DNA of 64,000 nt from the human T2T-CHM13v2.0 reference genome, Homo sapiens. Location: the NCBI RefSeq assembly GCF_009914755.1, contig NC_060938.1. One strand, given 5' to 3'. The position numbers were made by a program, and so were the translations under genes. The notes beneath the pieces are model-generated. The model saw only the letters and a list, made by a program, of their open reading frames with translations. It ran no database searches and was not told the DNA's origin. Shown piece after piece: positions 1 to 12,895 of this stretch. Within the stretch, counting starts at the first letter, position 1, and every line of letters begins with the position of its first letter.

Positions 1-354
1 CCCTGGAAAGAAGGGTATCTCAACCTTCCTATCCCAGTTAAAAGGGGGAAGGGGCCAACTGTATAGCTAAGGCAATAGATTACCTGTTGGCTTCCAATGA
101 ATCTAGGTCACGCAGAGAGAAAATGTTCAGCCCAATAGAAGAAGCAAGAGTGGGAGAGTGGAGGTAATGGGAACAGGCATTTCTTTGAGCAGGGCAGCAT
201 TTATGCATGCAAGAAATGAATAACTATCTGCCCTGATTGTTGCCTCCTTGGAAACAAAAGGATGAAAATCCTAAAAAGATGAAATTACTATGGTGCATAG
301 ACTGCTGGTAATATCTAGGCCCAGCTCATCCTTGAGATATTACTGGCAGTCTAC

Positions 355-467
355 ACACCACAGCAATAATTACTGAATATCCACTGTGAGCCAGGAATGG
401 TGTCAGGGATCATAAATCCAAAAGCCATGAAGATACTTCTGCTGTTCCATTTCAATGGGGAGGAACA
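355..467 (-). mobile_element. L2 LINE 3' end fragment (outer element of a nest; continues at ~1540)
   Basis: AATAATTACTGAATATCCACTGTGAGCCAGG resembles the reverse complement of the L2 3' end; very diverged. Confidence 0.5.
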
Positions 468-533
468 TAGTCAGGGATCTTGGTGGCTACAGAACCCAGA
501 TCTGGCTACACTGAATGGAAAAGGGATTTATTT

Positions 534-708
534 TTTTTATTTTTATTTTTTTTATTATACTCTAAGTTTTAGGGTACATGTGCACATTGTGCAGGTTAGT
601 TACATATGTATACATGTGCCATGCTGGTGCGCTGCACCCACTAACGTGTCATCTAGCATTAGGTATATCTCCCAATGCTATCCCTCCCCCCTCCCCCGAC
701 CCCACCAC
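534..708 (-). mobile_element. L1HS pre-Ta 3' end, 5'-truncated (~175 bp with tail), 17-bp TSD
   Basis: Reverse complement reads GCTAGATGAC-ACG-TTAGTGGG...AAAACTTAGAGTATAA (ACG and G diagnostics); TSD GGAAAAGGGATTTATTT at 517-533 and 709-725. Confidence 0.95.
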
Positions 709-739
709 GGAAAAGGGATTTATTTAAAGGACTTTGACT

Positions 740-1142
740 GGCAAATGAATAAGCAAAATGTGGTATATCCATGTAGTGAAATATTATGTGGCAATAAAAA
801 AGGAACAAACAATGGATACATCCACCAAATCAACTTTTAAAGAAATTATGAAACACTATGGGAAAAGCCAGACAGAAAATACTACATAATGTTTGATTCA
901 ATTTATATGATATTTTTAGAAAAGTCAGAGAGTCAGGAAGCAGATTCTTGTTGCATGGGACTAGAGGTGTGAATGGTGATCAGTAACAAATGGGCAAGAG
1001 TGAACTTTTCTGAGGTGATGGAAGAGTTCTAAAACTGGATTGGGGTGATGGTTGCACAACTGGATACATTTACTAAAACTTATTGAAATGTACACTTACA
1101 ATGGGTAAATTTTATGGTCTATAAATTGCGCTCCAATAAAAT
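740..1142 (+). mobile_element. Old L1M (L1MB/ME-type) 3' UTR
   Basis: AAAATGTGGTATATCCATG...GATGGTTGCACAAC...GTACACTTACAATGGGTAAATTTTATGG...AATAAA. Confidence 0.8.
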
Positions 1143-1539
1143 GGCATGACAACTACAAAAAGGACATTGGACAGCTTGCAAAATAGGGCACAGAATCTGG
1201 GAGGGCTGGACAACTAACCTTAACAGCCAGGACCAATGCTTGAAATATGCCACAGGAACAGTGGCCACTACTGCAGCTGCCCTCACTAGAATGGGATCCC
1301 CAGGGTCTCTGCCTCTGTATGGCACATATTTCTGGGGCTAGCCCAGGCACTGCTCTCTGACTGGAGGAGACTATCAGAGCTCTCAGTTTAGCTGAAAGGA
1401 GGACTGAGAGAGAAGGTGTCTGACATTTTTCCATTTCTATACTGCGAGGTAGGCATTGCTTATGAGAAGCAGGAGCACCCCAAACATAGGAATGGGGTTC
1501 AGATGCAAAGTGGACAAAAAAAACAAATATCCACTACAG

Positions 1540-3030
1540 ACCAATATAATCCATTTTTTAGTATGTTCTGGGATGTGCATGATAGAGGCATGTGCAGAGA
1601 ATTTGGGGAGCACTTATAAGGTAGGAGGGGAACTTAGGCAGACTGGTGCTGAAGAGAAGAGTTCCTGGAGGAAATGATGCAGAGTCTAAATGAGGAGTAA
1701 GAGTGAGCCCAGTGAGTACAGGAGGAGTCTTCTAGACAGAGGCAAGTAAAGGGAGCTCAGTTTCCAGCGTGTCGAGGCTGAAGTGGAGACTGATGAGTCA
1801 TGCCGGGGTAGGAGATTTGCATTTATTTTATTGGCCCTAGATATCATGGGAGGGATTTAAGGTGGGGAGTGATCTGGTACAAATTTTCACTTTGGAAGGA
1901 CAATTTTGGCAGCAATATGAAATGTGTGTTGAGAGGAGCAAATCTAAAGGCAGGGAGACCAGGCGGAACCTGCTGTAATTGTTTGGATGGGAGATGATAT
2001 GGGCCTGAGCAAGAGTGGAAAGGAGGGTGTGGATTTAGTAGATATTTGTGAAACAAGAAGAAGAGGAATTTATTCTTGAGTTGCTGTGGTGGAGGCGAGG
2101 GGGGAGGTCCACGACTACCTTAAGTTCAGTGTGAGTAATTGGGCAAGTGATGGTGCCATTGGCCAACAGAGAGAAGAGGTAGAGGAAAAGGCAGCCCAAG
2201 AAGGGGGAGATAATAGGTTCAGTTTTGGACAGGTTGAATGAGAAGTGCCCACAGGATGTCAAAGATGTCAAGTCAGTAGCTGGATAAATTGGATAAATGA
2301 GTCAGAGTTCAGGAGAAAGACTAGAGGGCATGATTTGGTGTGTCATCCTATAGCCAAGCCTACAAGGGGCCATTGGCTTGTCCAAGTCAAGCATGCATAG
2401 GGAGAAGGGTAAGAACAGAATTATTGAGCACAGACACCCTTGTTTCAGGAGAAACACTGGAAGAGAGCCAAGGAAGGGGCCAGAACATAGGCCAGAGGAG
2501 GCAACCCTCCCAACAATGTGTGACCCACTGTGTTACTACAGCTGAGAGAACATGCAGGGACAAGACTGAAAAAAATACTCTTTTGAATTTAAAAATATGG
2601 AGGCAATGAGGAACTCCAGCAAAAGCAATTCCAGCGGAATGGTGACAACAAAAGCCAGGTTTCTGGGGGACAAGGAGGAAATGAGCAATGAGGAAATGGA
2701 GACAGTGATCATCAACCACTTTTCTGGGAATCTTGGCAGAGAAGGACTGGAGACAGAAAGAGTAAGAGAAGAGATTTAAGGTCCTAGAGGGTTTTCTTTG
2801 AAAGTGCGAGAGATTGTGAGAGCCACATGTACAGGTGGAGGGAACACAGCCAGCAGAAAGAGTGCATATGAGATGTATGAGAAAGGAGATATTCGCTAGA
2901 GCAGAGTTGTGGGGCAGAAAGAGGGGAATTTCTGGAGAGTACGGGGCAGTAATGAGTCTCAGCAAAACTCTGAGACTCATGAGAAGGAAGCAAGAAAAGG
3001 TACAAAGATAAACGTGTAGGTGAGTGAGTT
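1540..3030 (-). mobile_element. L2 LINE (long fragment)
   Basis: Purine-rich L2 antisense signatures such as GGCAGGGAGACCAGG, GATGGTGCCATT, GTTCAGTTTTGGACAGGTTGAA, GAGGAAATGGAGACAG. Confidence 0.75.
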
Positions 3031-3900
3031 GTTAAGGTAAAGGCTAAGCCGCTATCACAAAAAGGCCCCAGAATTTTGTGACACCAACAAGATAGAAGTT
3101 TACTTTTCTCTCATGCGATGGTCCAGGAGGAGTATGCAGGCTCTGCACCCCTTGAGCTTTTCCCTCCTTCTCTACATCCTCAGCTTCTAACCTGCACCCT
3201 CCCCCAAGTCCAGGGGAGCACTGTGCCCCACTGTCTCAGGTATGTTTGCAAACTACATTAAATAGATTCCTAAACCTCTGCCTGCCTCCCCTTACCACAG
3301 CTGGCCTGGGCTAAAATATTCAACAGCTTGAGTCTTAAAACAAAGGGGAAAATAGAAAATGCTTACATTATAGATTTGACTAGATATCTACTGTATGTAT
3401 GAATGAATATTTTTCAGACACTTTCTGCCTTTTATTTGAGGGATTGCTGAGGGCTCCTTTCCCTGTTCCCCTTAGAGGTGAAATTATCTCTAGCTTTACT
3501 TTCCTGCTGGGAGAGGGAACTGCTGCTCTCGAGCATCAGAGCATTTACTCATGGACTCACTCCCAGCCATCCATGCCGTCATTCCCACCTCTGGTTGCAG
3601 AGAAGACAGCATTCTCCTGCTCTGCCTAAACTCATGACTCATCCCTTTGTTATCTGTATTCTCTGACTCCTGGTCTCTGTTGGTGTTACTGATCAAAACA
3701 GAAATTGTAGGTGGATAACAGTGTTGGTGGGGAAAAAAAAATTGAGTTCTGTTTGGAGCCCGTTGTGTTTGGGGTGTCTGGGGGTCACGTATGTGGAGAT
3801 GTCCACTGAGCAGCTGGTGATCCTGGACTTTAGGAGGAAAGTCATCTAGTGGTCTGGTGGCAAACCTGTTCCCTGAAGGAAAACCCCCTTGACTTATAGC

Positions 3901-4046
3901 ATTTGCCAACTTCTATTGTGTAAATATGGCTACCATAGCTAATTTCAGCTGACCAGTGGTTTAAAAACCAGCTTGCAGATTTCCTAAATATTTAATAATC
4001 AACTCTTGTGAAAACAAGCTGGCACGAGCCAGCTCCAGACACCACT
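3901..4046 (-). mobile_element. MER63-like hAT DNA transposon fragment
   Basis: TGTGTAAATA...GGCACGAGCCAGCTCCAGACACCACT resembles the MER63 terminus. Confidence 0.65.
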
Positions 4047-4924
4047 AGAAGTTGAGAATAGAGATACACATTTTGGAGCCAATGATGGCAGGCAAAACCC
4101 TGCAAGTGTTTAAAATATGCATGGCATAAAAGGAGAAGAGAATCAAAGGCCCAATTCCTTAGCATTCAGCATCTCCCTCCACCTTCTTCCTGGGGCACAG
4201 AACCTCCACATTAGGGGAGTGAGAAAAATTTCACTGGGTTCTATACCCAGTATGCAGAGTTCTAGAATCAAGAGCCCATAAAACTTGGGCTCATAGGGGA
4301 ATAAAATGTTACTCCAGGAGAAACAAAGTTCTTAAAAACCATCAAACATATGACAATAGCCACCAGCAGAAGGTCCCCCACCTCAAGGCACCATCTATGC
4401 AGGAGGTCTGGAAACAACTGGTCCAAGTGAGGTGGCCTCTGGGAACATTCTTAAGACCTACATGTCATTGGAGCAGGCTGCCACTCAACAGCTATGTGGC
4501 AGCTGGGAAGGCTGATGGAAGGAGGCTTTGATGGAAAGCCGGGGTCTTCTCAAGGTCTGAAACAAAGTACAATGAGGAAAGGCCTTTTGTTCATCTGCCC
4601 AGCACTGGCTGGTCAGCATCCATGTCTTCCTATGCAATGGACGTGGTGGCTTTGAGCTATAAAATCAGCCTTAAAAATCAGCCAACTCCCTTTGCATGGA
4701 TTTGCACTTTCACCAAGCTCCCATGCAGACTTGCAGCATTTCCTACAGTGCAAAGGATGCTGTAGGACTTGCATACTCCAGGCTATATGTAGGCAGACAC
4801 ATTTCTTACCATTGTCACTCCGATTTGTCAACTGGTCATCTTGTGGGATAGGTAGAATCAGTTCCTCTTGAGTCGAATGCACTCTGGATTAACTATCACT
4901 TCCATCATTATGATTTATACTACA

Positions 4925-5070
4925 ACTAAGCATTTATGTATCACAGGTAGTCCCAGGCACCACGCTAAGCACGTGGCATATACTATCTCAACTTACCTTT
5001 ATGGCAACCTGACCAGATAGAAATTGGTATCCCCACTTACAGATTAGAAAAGTGAGGCTCAAAGAGTTTC
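4925..5070 (-). mobile_element. MIR SINE
   Basis: CCAGGCACC..CTAAGCAC...ATCCCCACTTACAGATTAGAAAAGTGAGGCTCA core. Confidence 0.75.
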
Positions 5071-6499
5071 AGTGTCTTGGATTCTCTGAAAATGCAACCC
5101 TGAGGATAAGACCATGAGCTATGAGACTCCACCAAGGCCAACCTGAAGATTTGCCAGGGCAGCCAGTGCAGCTAAAGTTCCTGCTCCTTAACATCACTAT
5201 TAAAAAGCAGCAGGTACCATTGCTCTAGGCCTGTGTCCTCTGTTGCCTCCCTCAGGGAGAACACACATATGAGAAAAAAGAGGGAGAAGTGGTGGAGAAA
5301 TAGTGATGAGATTCTGACAAACAAAATGTATTCTTAACAAGAAGGGCTGCTCTGTGTTGAAGCAGAACCCTGTAGGTATCTCTAATTATGCATAGCATAG
5401 ACTGTCTCCTTCAGAGAGCTCTGTTTCCCAGACTGTCCAGGACTTGTTATTGCATTAGGCATCTCAAGGGCATGATGGCCATCTGGAGGGCATCTGGCTT
5501 TCTTCAGAGTTAAGGTCTACTGACATCTGGCAGGAGGGTAATAGAAATAATCAAGATATCCAAGCCTCCATGGCGGTAAGAGGCAGGCCTGGTCCTAGGA
5601 AGAGTTGGGTGTATCAATAATGATAGCAACAGGGATGGTCATAGCAACAGCAGGAAGAGGGAAAAAAAGAGAAGATATAATTTGTGAAGCACACACCAAG
5701 GTCTGCAGTCTGTGCTGGGGACTCTGTGGACATTCATGAGCTGACAGCTCGTCCAGAAAATCACGGGCACCTAGGATGTCCCAAATAGGGCCAGGAAAAA
5801 TACTGAATTCAGTGGTTCTTTTCCTCCATGAGTTGTGATCTCCTTCAACTAATGATCATAGGAATTTTCCTCCTGGGCTGGCAGAGTGCCAAGACAGAGG
5901 GCTGCAGACATCTGGGGAGAATGCCGAGGGGTCATCTGGAGGGCACTGCAGCCGATGAGTCAGGGCGAGGCAAGCGGGTGGCTTGGCGTCCTAACCATGT
6001 TAGCACCTTGGCCCAGTTCACATCTGGACTGCATGGTGGGCCAGAGTTGAAAGGCCTGATTTAATTTCAGCCAAGATGGTCCCCTCTGCCTCCTCCTCAC
6101 AGGACAGCAGACTCAAGCAAAGCAGCAGTCGCTCCTCTGTCCCATCCTAGGAGCCAGTCGTTGTTCTCAAGGACAACCCAGCATTGGCCCAGGCACACTC
6201 TTTCATGCAGGGACACACACTTGGCTCCCAACTTTGTGGAGCTTCCTGACTGCTGGTCAACAGCGACCACTGCTTCCGGGAGTCCATTCCATTTGCCATG
6301 GTGATTTCAGTGGCTCTCCCTTCATATAACCCCATCTGCTGTGCTGGCAAACATGCCTACTTAGTCACTTAGGTAGTTTTGTGGGAAGAAGAGGTTTCCT
6401 AACTAGACGGGAAGTTCCTTGATCCTTCAGTATCTGACCTCCTTTACCTCCTTCATGGAGCCTCAAGGTCAGAACCTTCAACCCTCCTGAGAGTCCTTC

Positions 6500-6802
6500 T
6501 GTATTAGTCTTTTCATGCTGCTGATAAAGACATACCAGAGACTGGGTAATCAATAAAGGAAAAGAGGAGGCCTCACAATCATGGCAGAAGGCAAAAGGCA
6601 CGTCTTACATGGTGGCAGACAAAGAAAGAATGAGAGCCAAGCAAAAGGGGAAACCCCTTATAAAACCATCAGCTCTCATGAGACTTATTCACTACCATGA
6701 GAACAGTATGGGGGAAACCACCCTCATGATTCAGTTCTCTCCCACTGGGTCCCTCCTATAACACATGGGAATTATGGGTAGAGACACAGCCAAACCATAT
6801 CA
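6500..6802 (-). mobile_element. THE1 (THE1C-like) solo LTR with two internal deletions
   Basis: Termini TGTATTAGTC and GCCAAACCATATCA; ATAAAACCATCAG and GAGAACAGTATGGGGGAAACC motifs. Confidence 0.9.
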
Positions 6803-7529
6803 TCCTCTTTCATATTTGTGGGAAAGAGTTTGTCTTGTGTCCACCCCCAAACTGAGTCCATGTCTCAACTACTTTTCTTCAACACTTGCGACTCACTTTG
6901 GGCTCACTTGGCTGGAGCCTGCTTCTATGCCTTCCCAAGGACACACAAACTTGAGGTCAAATGAGCAGCTAATTTGCTAATCATTTGGGGAGCAGCAGAG
7001 GGGTTTACACTGTAGCAGACATAGCAGGTATCTTAAAAATGGAATATTAGAACCCCGTCCTGAAAGCTCTCTGGTTCCCACTCCCAGGAGTCCCTCTCCT
7101 TTCTTGGTAGGTCTCTTGTCTCACTCACTGCACATCTCTCCCCCAACCCACTCTTCCTGAGAGCTGTCCCTGAAATCCTCCAATTTCATTTTTATTATGA
7201 AGAGGAATTTTTGTTCTCCTGATGCTATGGCTTTGGGGTTATGTGTTGAGGATTGTCTTTTCAGAGCCAAATGGCTCACCAAGAATTTTACTGAATGAGA
7301 GCCCTTCTGTTCCAGAAGAAAACCATGCCACTCCTTTAAGGAAGTGGTTAAGGAAGTGGCTGCAGGCAATTGCGGTTGGGATTTTTCCCTACTAAATCAC
7401 TCCCTTTCCAGGTAGGTAGCAAAATGGGTTCATCCACTAGAATCTTTCTGCTATCATTCTCCCTCCAATCTCTCTGACTGGGTAATTAGGGTAGAGGTAC
7501 TTGTGTATTTGTCCATCCTAGGCAGGCCT

Positions 7530-8233
<704 letters not shown>

Positions 8234-9043
8234 ATTCTTTTAAGGGTAGCTTCCCTTTACTTCAAGGTGTAGCTTCTTTTAGTGGTTCATCCAAGTTAAA
8301 AAACAAAAACAGCAACAACAACAAAAAACCTGGTACCTTGCATTGATACAAGAATGGCCATAAAACTGAAGCCTCCTGAATCCTTTCTGAATATCTCCAC
8401 TGGAGTAAGAAGTAAAGGAGTAGGCAGAGAACAAATATCCTAATGCCAGAAGAAGGACCACTGAGTAATTCTCAGTTTAAAAAAATTAAATATGGCAGTC
8501 ACATAGTTTTGATAATATGGCATCTTCCTCCTCCCTTCTATTTTCCTCCAAAAATGGAGAAAATTATTTATTCTTTCCTGTCTGCTCTCTTATGTCTGGA
8601 AGTCTTACTTCAAAGCTTCAGGAGAGACTACATTCACCCCAAGATAAAAACAAAAACAAAAATAAAAATAAAAACACCTGTGAAATCACAGCAACTTAAG
8701 TGGGAGGAGAATGTAATGTTCTCAGCTATCTCTTGCTACGGAAGATGTGAAGGGAATATAAATAAACGTAGACAGTGCAATGTACTTTGCTGAAGCGTAA
8801 AAATTATAGGGTTTCAATCTACAGAAAGAAATTGAAGAGCTTTTTGACACTAGGTAAGTACATTGTGTGCAGTTGACTCCGAATCTCCTAGCAATGAAAC
8901 TCTCTGGAAAGAAGGCTTGATATCCAGAGAGAGAAGGGGATAGGGAAGGTGGCCATTCATTCTTGTGTGCCCAGGACAGCTGTGGATCATGCCTGTCCTC
9001 CCAGTTCATCACTTACAGCCCCTTTATTCTCTCTCTCTCTCTC

Positions 9044-9370
<327 letters not shown>

Positions 9371-9625
9371 TGAGATAATACTTTCTATGGTCCAATGGAA
9401 GGCATTTGAATACAGAACAAATTTATTTACATCTAATATCACCATGGGAAAATTATATCTGCAAATTACATGAGGAAAATGGTTAAGTAAATCATGGCTT
9501 ATCCCTAAGGAGGAAGCCACCAAATGATGACTATGTACGATATTTGAAAACTCTTAGAACCCAGAGTACTGCCAGGGGTCCCTAACTGGTTTCCTTGCCT
9601 CCAGTCTTGCCCCTTCTAATATGTT

Positions 9626-9764
9626 CAGGGCCATTGTGTACAGTGCTTCATATTACACACTGTGCAACTCCAGGAGATGCCATTCCCATAGACCAGGATG
9701 AGGATCGTGCCTACACTGGAGTTGTGCAAATACCCAATCTGTCCAACTGTGCAGGGCAGGCCTG
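9626..9764. mobile_element. MER91-like palindromic hAT MITE
   Basis: CAGGG...CCTG termini, internal TGCAACTCCAG/CTGGAGTTGTGCA inverted arms, imperfect 8-bp TSD AATATGTT/AATGTGTT. Confidence 0.75.
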
Positions 9765-9972
9765 AATGTGTTTCCCACACTTGTAGTCTTAATGCTTAGT
9801 CTTAACATGAACACACTGAGCATGGCATTTCCTGATTAAAGTCATTCAGTGCCTCCCCTTTGATCTCAGGATTAACTGCAAACTCATTTTTGTGAATAGG
9901 GCAGCTCATGATGATATCTGGCCCCTGACAAACTCCCTAGCATCCCCTCTTGCCTTTCCTCATCACAGAGTC

Positions 9973-10295
9973 TGTGATGGTTAATTTTATGTGTCAACTT
10001 GACTGGGCTATGGGGCACCCAGAGAGTTGATCAAATAGTATTCTGGGTGTTTCTGTGAAGGTATACTTCTTGGATGAGATTAACATTTAAATCGGTGAAC
10101 TAAGTAAAGCAAGTTCCCCTCCATAATGTGAGTGGACTTCATCTAGTCAGTCAAAGGCCTGATGAGAAAAGAAGGCTGACCTTTCCCGAAGTAAGAGAAA
10201 ATCCTCCTGCCTGATAGTCTTTGAATGGAGATATTAGCCTGCAGATTTTTGATTTACCAGCATTTATAATTGCATAAGCCAACCCCTTATAACAA

Positions 10296-10348
<53 letters not shown>

Positions 10349-10370
10349 GTATCATCTGTCTATCCATCTT

Positions 10371-10411
<41 letters not shown>

Positions 10412-10485
10412 TATCTATCTATCTATCCATCTATATTATATATCCTCTTAGTTCTGTGTCTCTGGTACAGATTTTGGTACCAGGA
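9973..10485 (+). mobile_element. MLT2 (ERVL) LTR plus start of internal region
   Basis: Starts TGTGATGGTTAATTTTATGTGTCAACTTGACTGGGC; ends TTCTGTGTCTCTGG then TACAGATTTTGGTACCAGG (ERVL LTR/PBS-like junction). Confidence 0.85.
10296..10443. repeat. Compound (TATC)n tetranucleotide microsatellite within MLT2
   Basis: Interrupted TATC arrays seen directly. Confidence 0.95.
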
Positions 10486-10489
10486 TTTG

Positions 10490-10871
10490 GGGGGCTGCCC
10501 TAACAAGATGCCACAGGCTCGGTAGCTTGAAAAATAGAAATTTATTTTCTCATAATTCTGGAGACTGGAAGTTCAAGATCAAGGTGTCAGCAGGGTTGGC
10601 TTCTGGTGAGGCCTCTCTTCCTGGCTTGTAGACAGTTGCCTTCTGGCTGTATCCTCTACAAGACCTTTCCTCTGTGCACACATGTGGAGAGAGAGAAACC
10701 TCTGGTGTCTCTTCCTCTTTTCCTTGCCTCCAATCTTATCAGATGAGGGCCTCACCATATGACCTCATTTAACCTGAATTACCTTCTGAAAGGCCCTATG
10801 TCCAAACAGTCACATTGGAGGTTAGAACTTCAACATATGAATTTGAGAGGGACACAGTTCAGTTCATAACA
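10490..10871 (-). mobile_element. MLT1A-like MaLR LTR
   Basis: GGCTGCC.TAACAA...GAAATTTATTTTCTCA...CAAGATCAAGGTGTCAGCAGGGTTGG...CAGTTCATAACA. Confidence 0.85.
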
Positions 10872-10930
10872 GAGTCCAAGCTCCCACCATGCTATTGAGC
10901 TCCTGACATATCCTCCAAGTGCTGTGGACT

Positions 10931-11094
10931 TGCCAGAAGCCTGCTTCCTTAGGCTCCCTTGCAGCTGGAATATGTGACTGCCATCTTGGCTAATGGAACC
11001 CAAGGAGAAGACTGTTGGCGGATTCTGGGCAGGGTTTTCTACTCCAATAAACTGAGACAAATGGGAGGAAGTATTTCCTACTTTCACCAGATAT
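10931..11094 (+). repeat. 164-bp direct duplicate of 12378-12541
   Basis: Ungapped manual alignment, 14 mismatches in 164 (91.5%). Confidence 0.95.
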
Positions 11095-12309
11095 TGCCAT
11101 GTCTACATGCCATGAAAAACACTCTTCCCTCTGCAGAGAATACTCCTCCAATTTCTCTTTACTAAGGTCGCAGGAGGCATGCATCTTTTGGTCTAAGGTT
11201 ACAAAGCACCTCCTCCAGGAAGGCTTCCTTGAGCACTGCCCCCACAAGTCCAGGTCTGGACTTCCTCTAATGTGTTTCCATAACCCCTGCCATACACTTC
11301 CATTTCATCACATTGCATTGTCCTCATTATCTGTTTATCATTGCCTGTCTTCTTCTCCATTGAACCCCTACCAGCTAATACTGAGCCTGGTATTCTCAGA
11401 CATACACAGTAAACATTTCTTAAATTTAAATTGAAAAAGTAGAACAATAATAGTCTGTATGCTATGATTATGACTATGTGAAACACTTGAGTAAAAGGAA
11501 AATGTTAAGAAGAAATGATAAAATGACAACAGTGGTTGTGTTCATTCGTGGAATTATTGGTGGCTTTGTCTTTTCTCTATTTCCCAAGTTTTCTGTGATG
11601 TGATTCTACTATTTTATAACTTTTAAAGGTATGGTTTAAAAGTGCACGTGGCATAGCATTGTAGTTCTCAGCCCTAAGCTGGCTGGTTTCAAGCTATCTT
11701 CCAAAGGAACTGATTTCCTCACAGAAAAAGATTCTGAAAGGTGCCCTGGAGTTGTCCCTAATGGGATTTGACCTATATGTTGTTAATTGGGGAATGTGAC
11801 CTCCCTGGAGGATGGTTCATTACTGCTCTGTGGGGTTTCAATAATGATCACAATCATCACCTTGGCAGGTAGGCATTCTCCAGATGGCAAGCCTGCCCTG
11901 GGAATCTGTGTTACAAAGATGTCCTATAGCTGGAATGCTGGAAGGCCAGTGAGGTCTGGATATCTTTTACGGAGATGAAGCTACCTGGCGTTATCCCCTA
12001 GTTTTTAGCTTCACTCAAGGGGAGAGAGGAAGTCAAACACCTAAGAATATTTATAGTCCAGTGTAATAGTCTCTGTAGGTGTAAAGAGGTCATACACCTG
12101 TTGGTGTTTATTAGCTGAGCAGCCATGCTGTGTCTGTGGTCTTCAGAAAGGGGCCAGTTCTGGGAATAATGTAATTTTAACCATAACTGGGGGTAAAGGA
12201 TGATGCCGTGGGTTTGTAATGGTGGGATGAGTGGATGAAGAGCAGAAACAACTCACACATACTGAGCTCTGTGCCTGGCAAGCACTGGGCAGGGTCCTTT
12301 AATATACCT

Positions 12310-12765
12310 CCCCAACAGCCCTTACCCACCCCTTCCCTTCTGGCTGCAGGGCCACCTGCCATTGTAAACACTGAAAATGCCAGAAGTCTGCTTCCTCAGG
12401 CTCCCTTGCAGCTAGAATATGTGACTCCCATTTTGGCCAATGGAACTCAAGGAGAAGAGTGTTGGGGGCTTCTGGGCAGGTTTTTCTACTCCAGTAAACT
12501 GAGACAAATGGGAGGAAGTACTTCCTTCTTTCACCAGATATACAATGCCTGGAACTGTGACAGCCATCTTGAGAACATGAGGAAGCAAGCCTAAGGCCAA
12601 AGTCAAAAGACTCTGGGGATAGTAAGACAGAAATATGGAAAGAGGTTGAACCTTTGGTAATATTGCTGAACTAGAGAACCAACCCAGGAAATGCCCTACC
12701 CCTAAAATTGTGGCTGTATTATATAAGAAACCCTTTTTAATTGGGTGTTCTATTGCTAGTAGCAT
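12310..12765 (+). mobile_element. Ancient ERVL/MaLR LTR (MLT1I/J- or LTR33-like), donor of the 164-bp duplication
   Basis: CTCCCTTGCAGCTAG..ATGTGAC..TGGCCAATGG, GCCATCTTGAGAACATGAGG motifs. Confidence 0.6.
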
Positions 12766-12769
12766 CCCA

Positions 12770-12895
12770 CGTTCCTTTAATCCTCATGAGAACCCTATGA
12801 TGATGGTCTGATTGTCCCCATTTTAGAGATGAGGGAACTGTAAACTCAGAAGATCATCTGGCTCCAAACTTGTGTTGTTTCCACCATACACTGCC
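12770..12895 (-). mobile_element. MIR fragment
   Basis: TTTAATCCTCA...AACCCTATGA...CCCCATTTTAGAGATGAGGGAACTG. Confidence 0.75.

Larger units (their letters stand above)
468..1538 (-). mobile_element. Ancient MaLR LTR (MLT1M/N/O-like), interrupted by L1HS and an old L1M
   Basis: GTCAGGGATCTTGG...AAAAGGGATTTATTTAAAGGA at the left end and ...AAACATAGGAATGGGGTTCAGATGC...CCACTACA at the right end resemble old MLT1 termini. Confidence 0.55.
9570..11420 (+). mobile_element. L2 LINE, fragmented by MER91, MLT2/MLT1A and a local duplication
   Basis: TCCTAACTGGTTTCCTTGCCTCCAGTCTTGCCCC, ATGATATCTGGCCCCTG, CACCTCCTCCAGGAAGGCTTCC. Confidence 0.65.

Noticed and set aside
397-840. 147-aa ORF
   Set aside because: Runs through the antisense L1HS 3' UTR (YYTLSFRVHVHIVQVSYICIHVPCWCAAP is the usual L1 antisense translation) and other repeats
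2387-2980. 197-aa minus-strand ORF
   Set aside because: Lies within a decayed L2; no recognisable intact domain
1790-5965. Scattered AP-1 heptamers (about 1794, 2318, 3634, 5956)
   Set aside because: Spread over 4 kb and partly inside L2; not convincingly above background for a 7-mer
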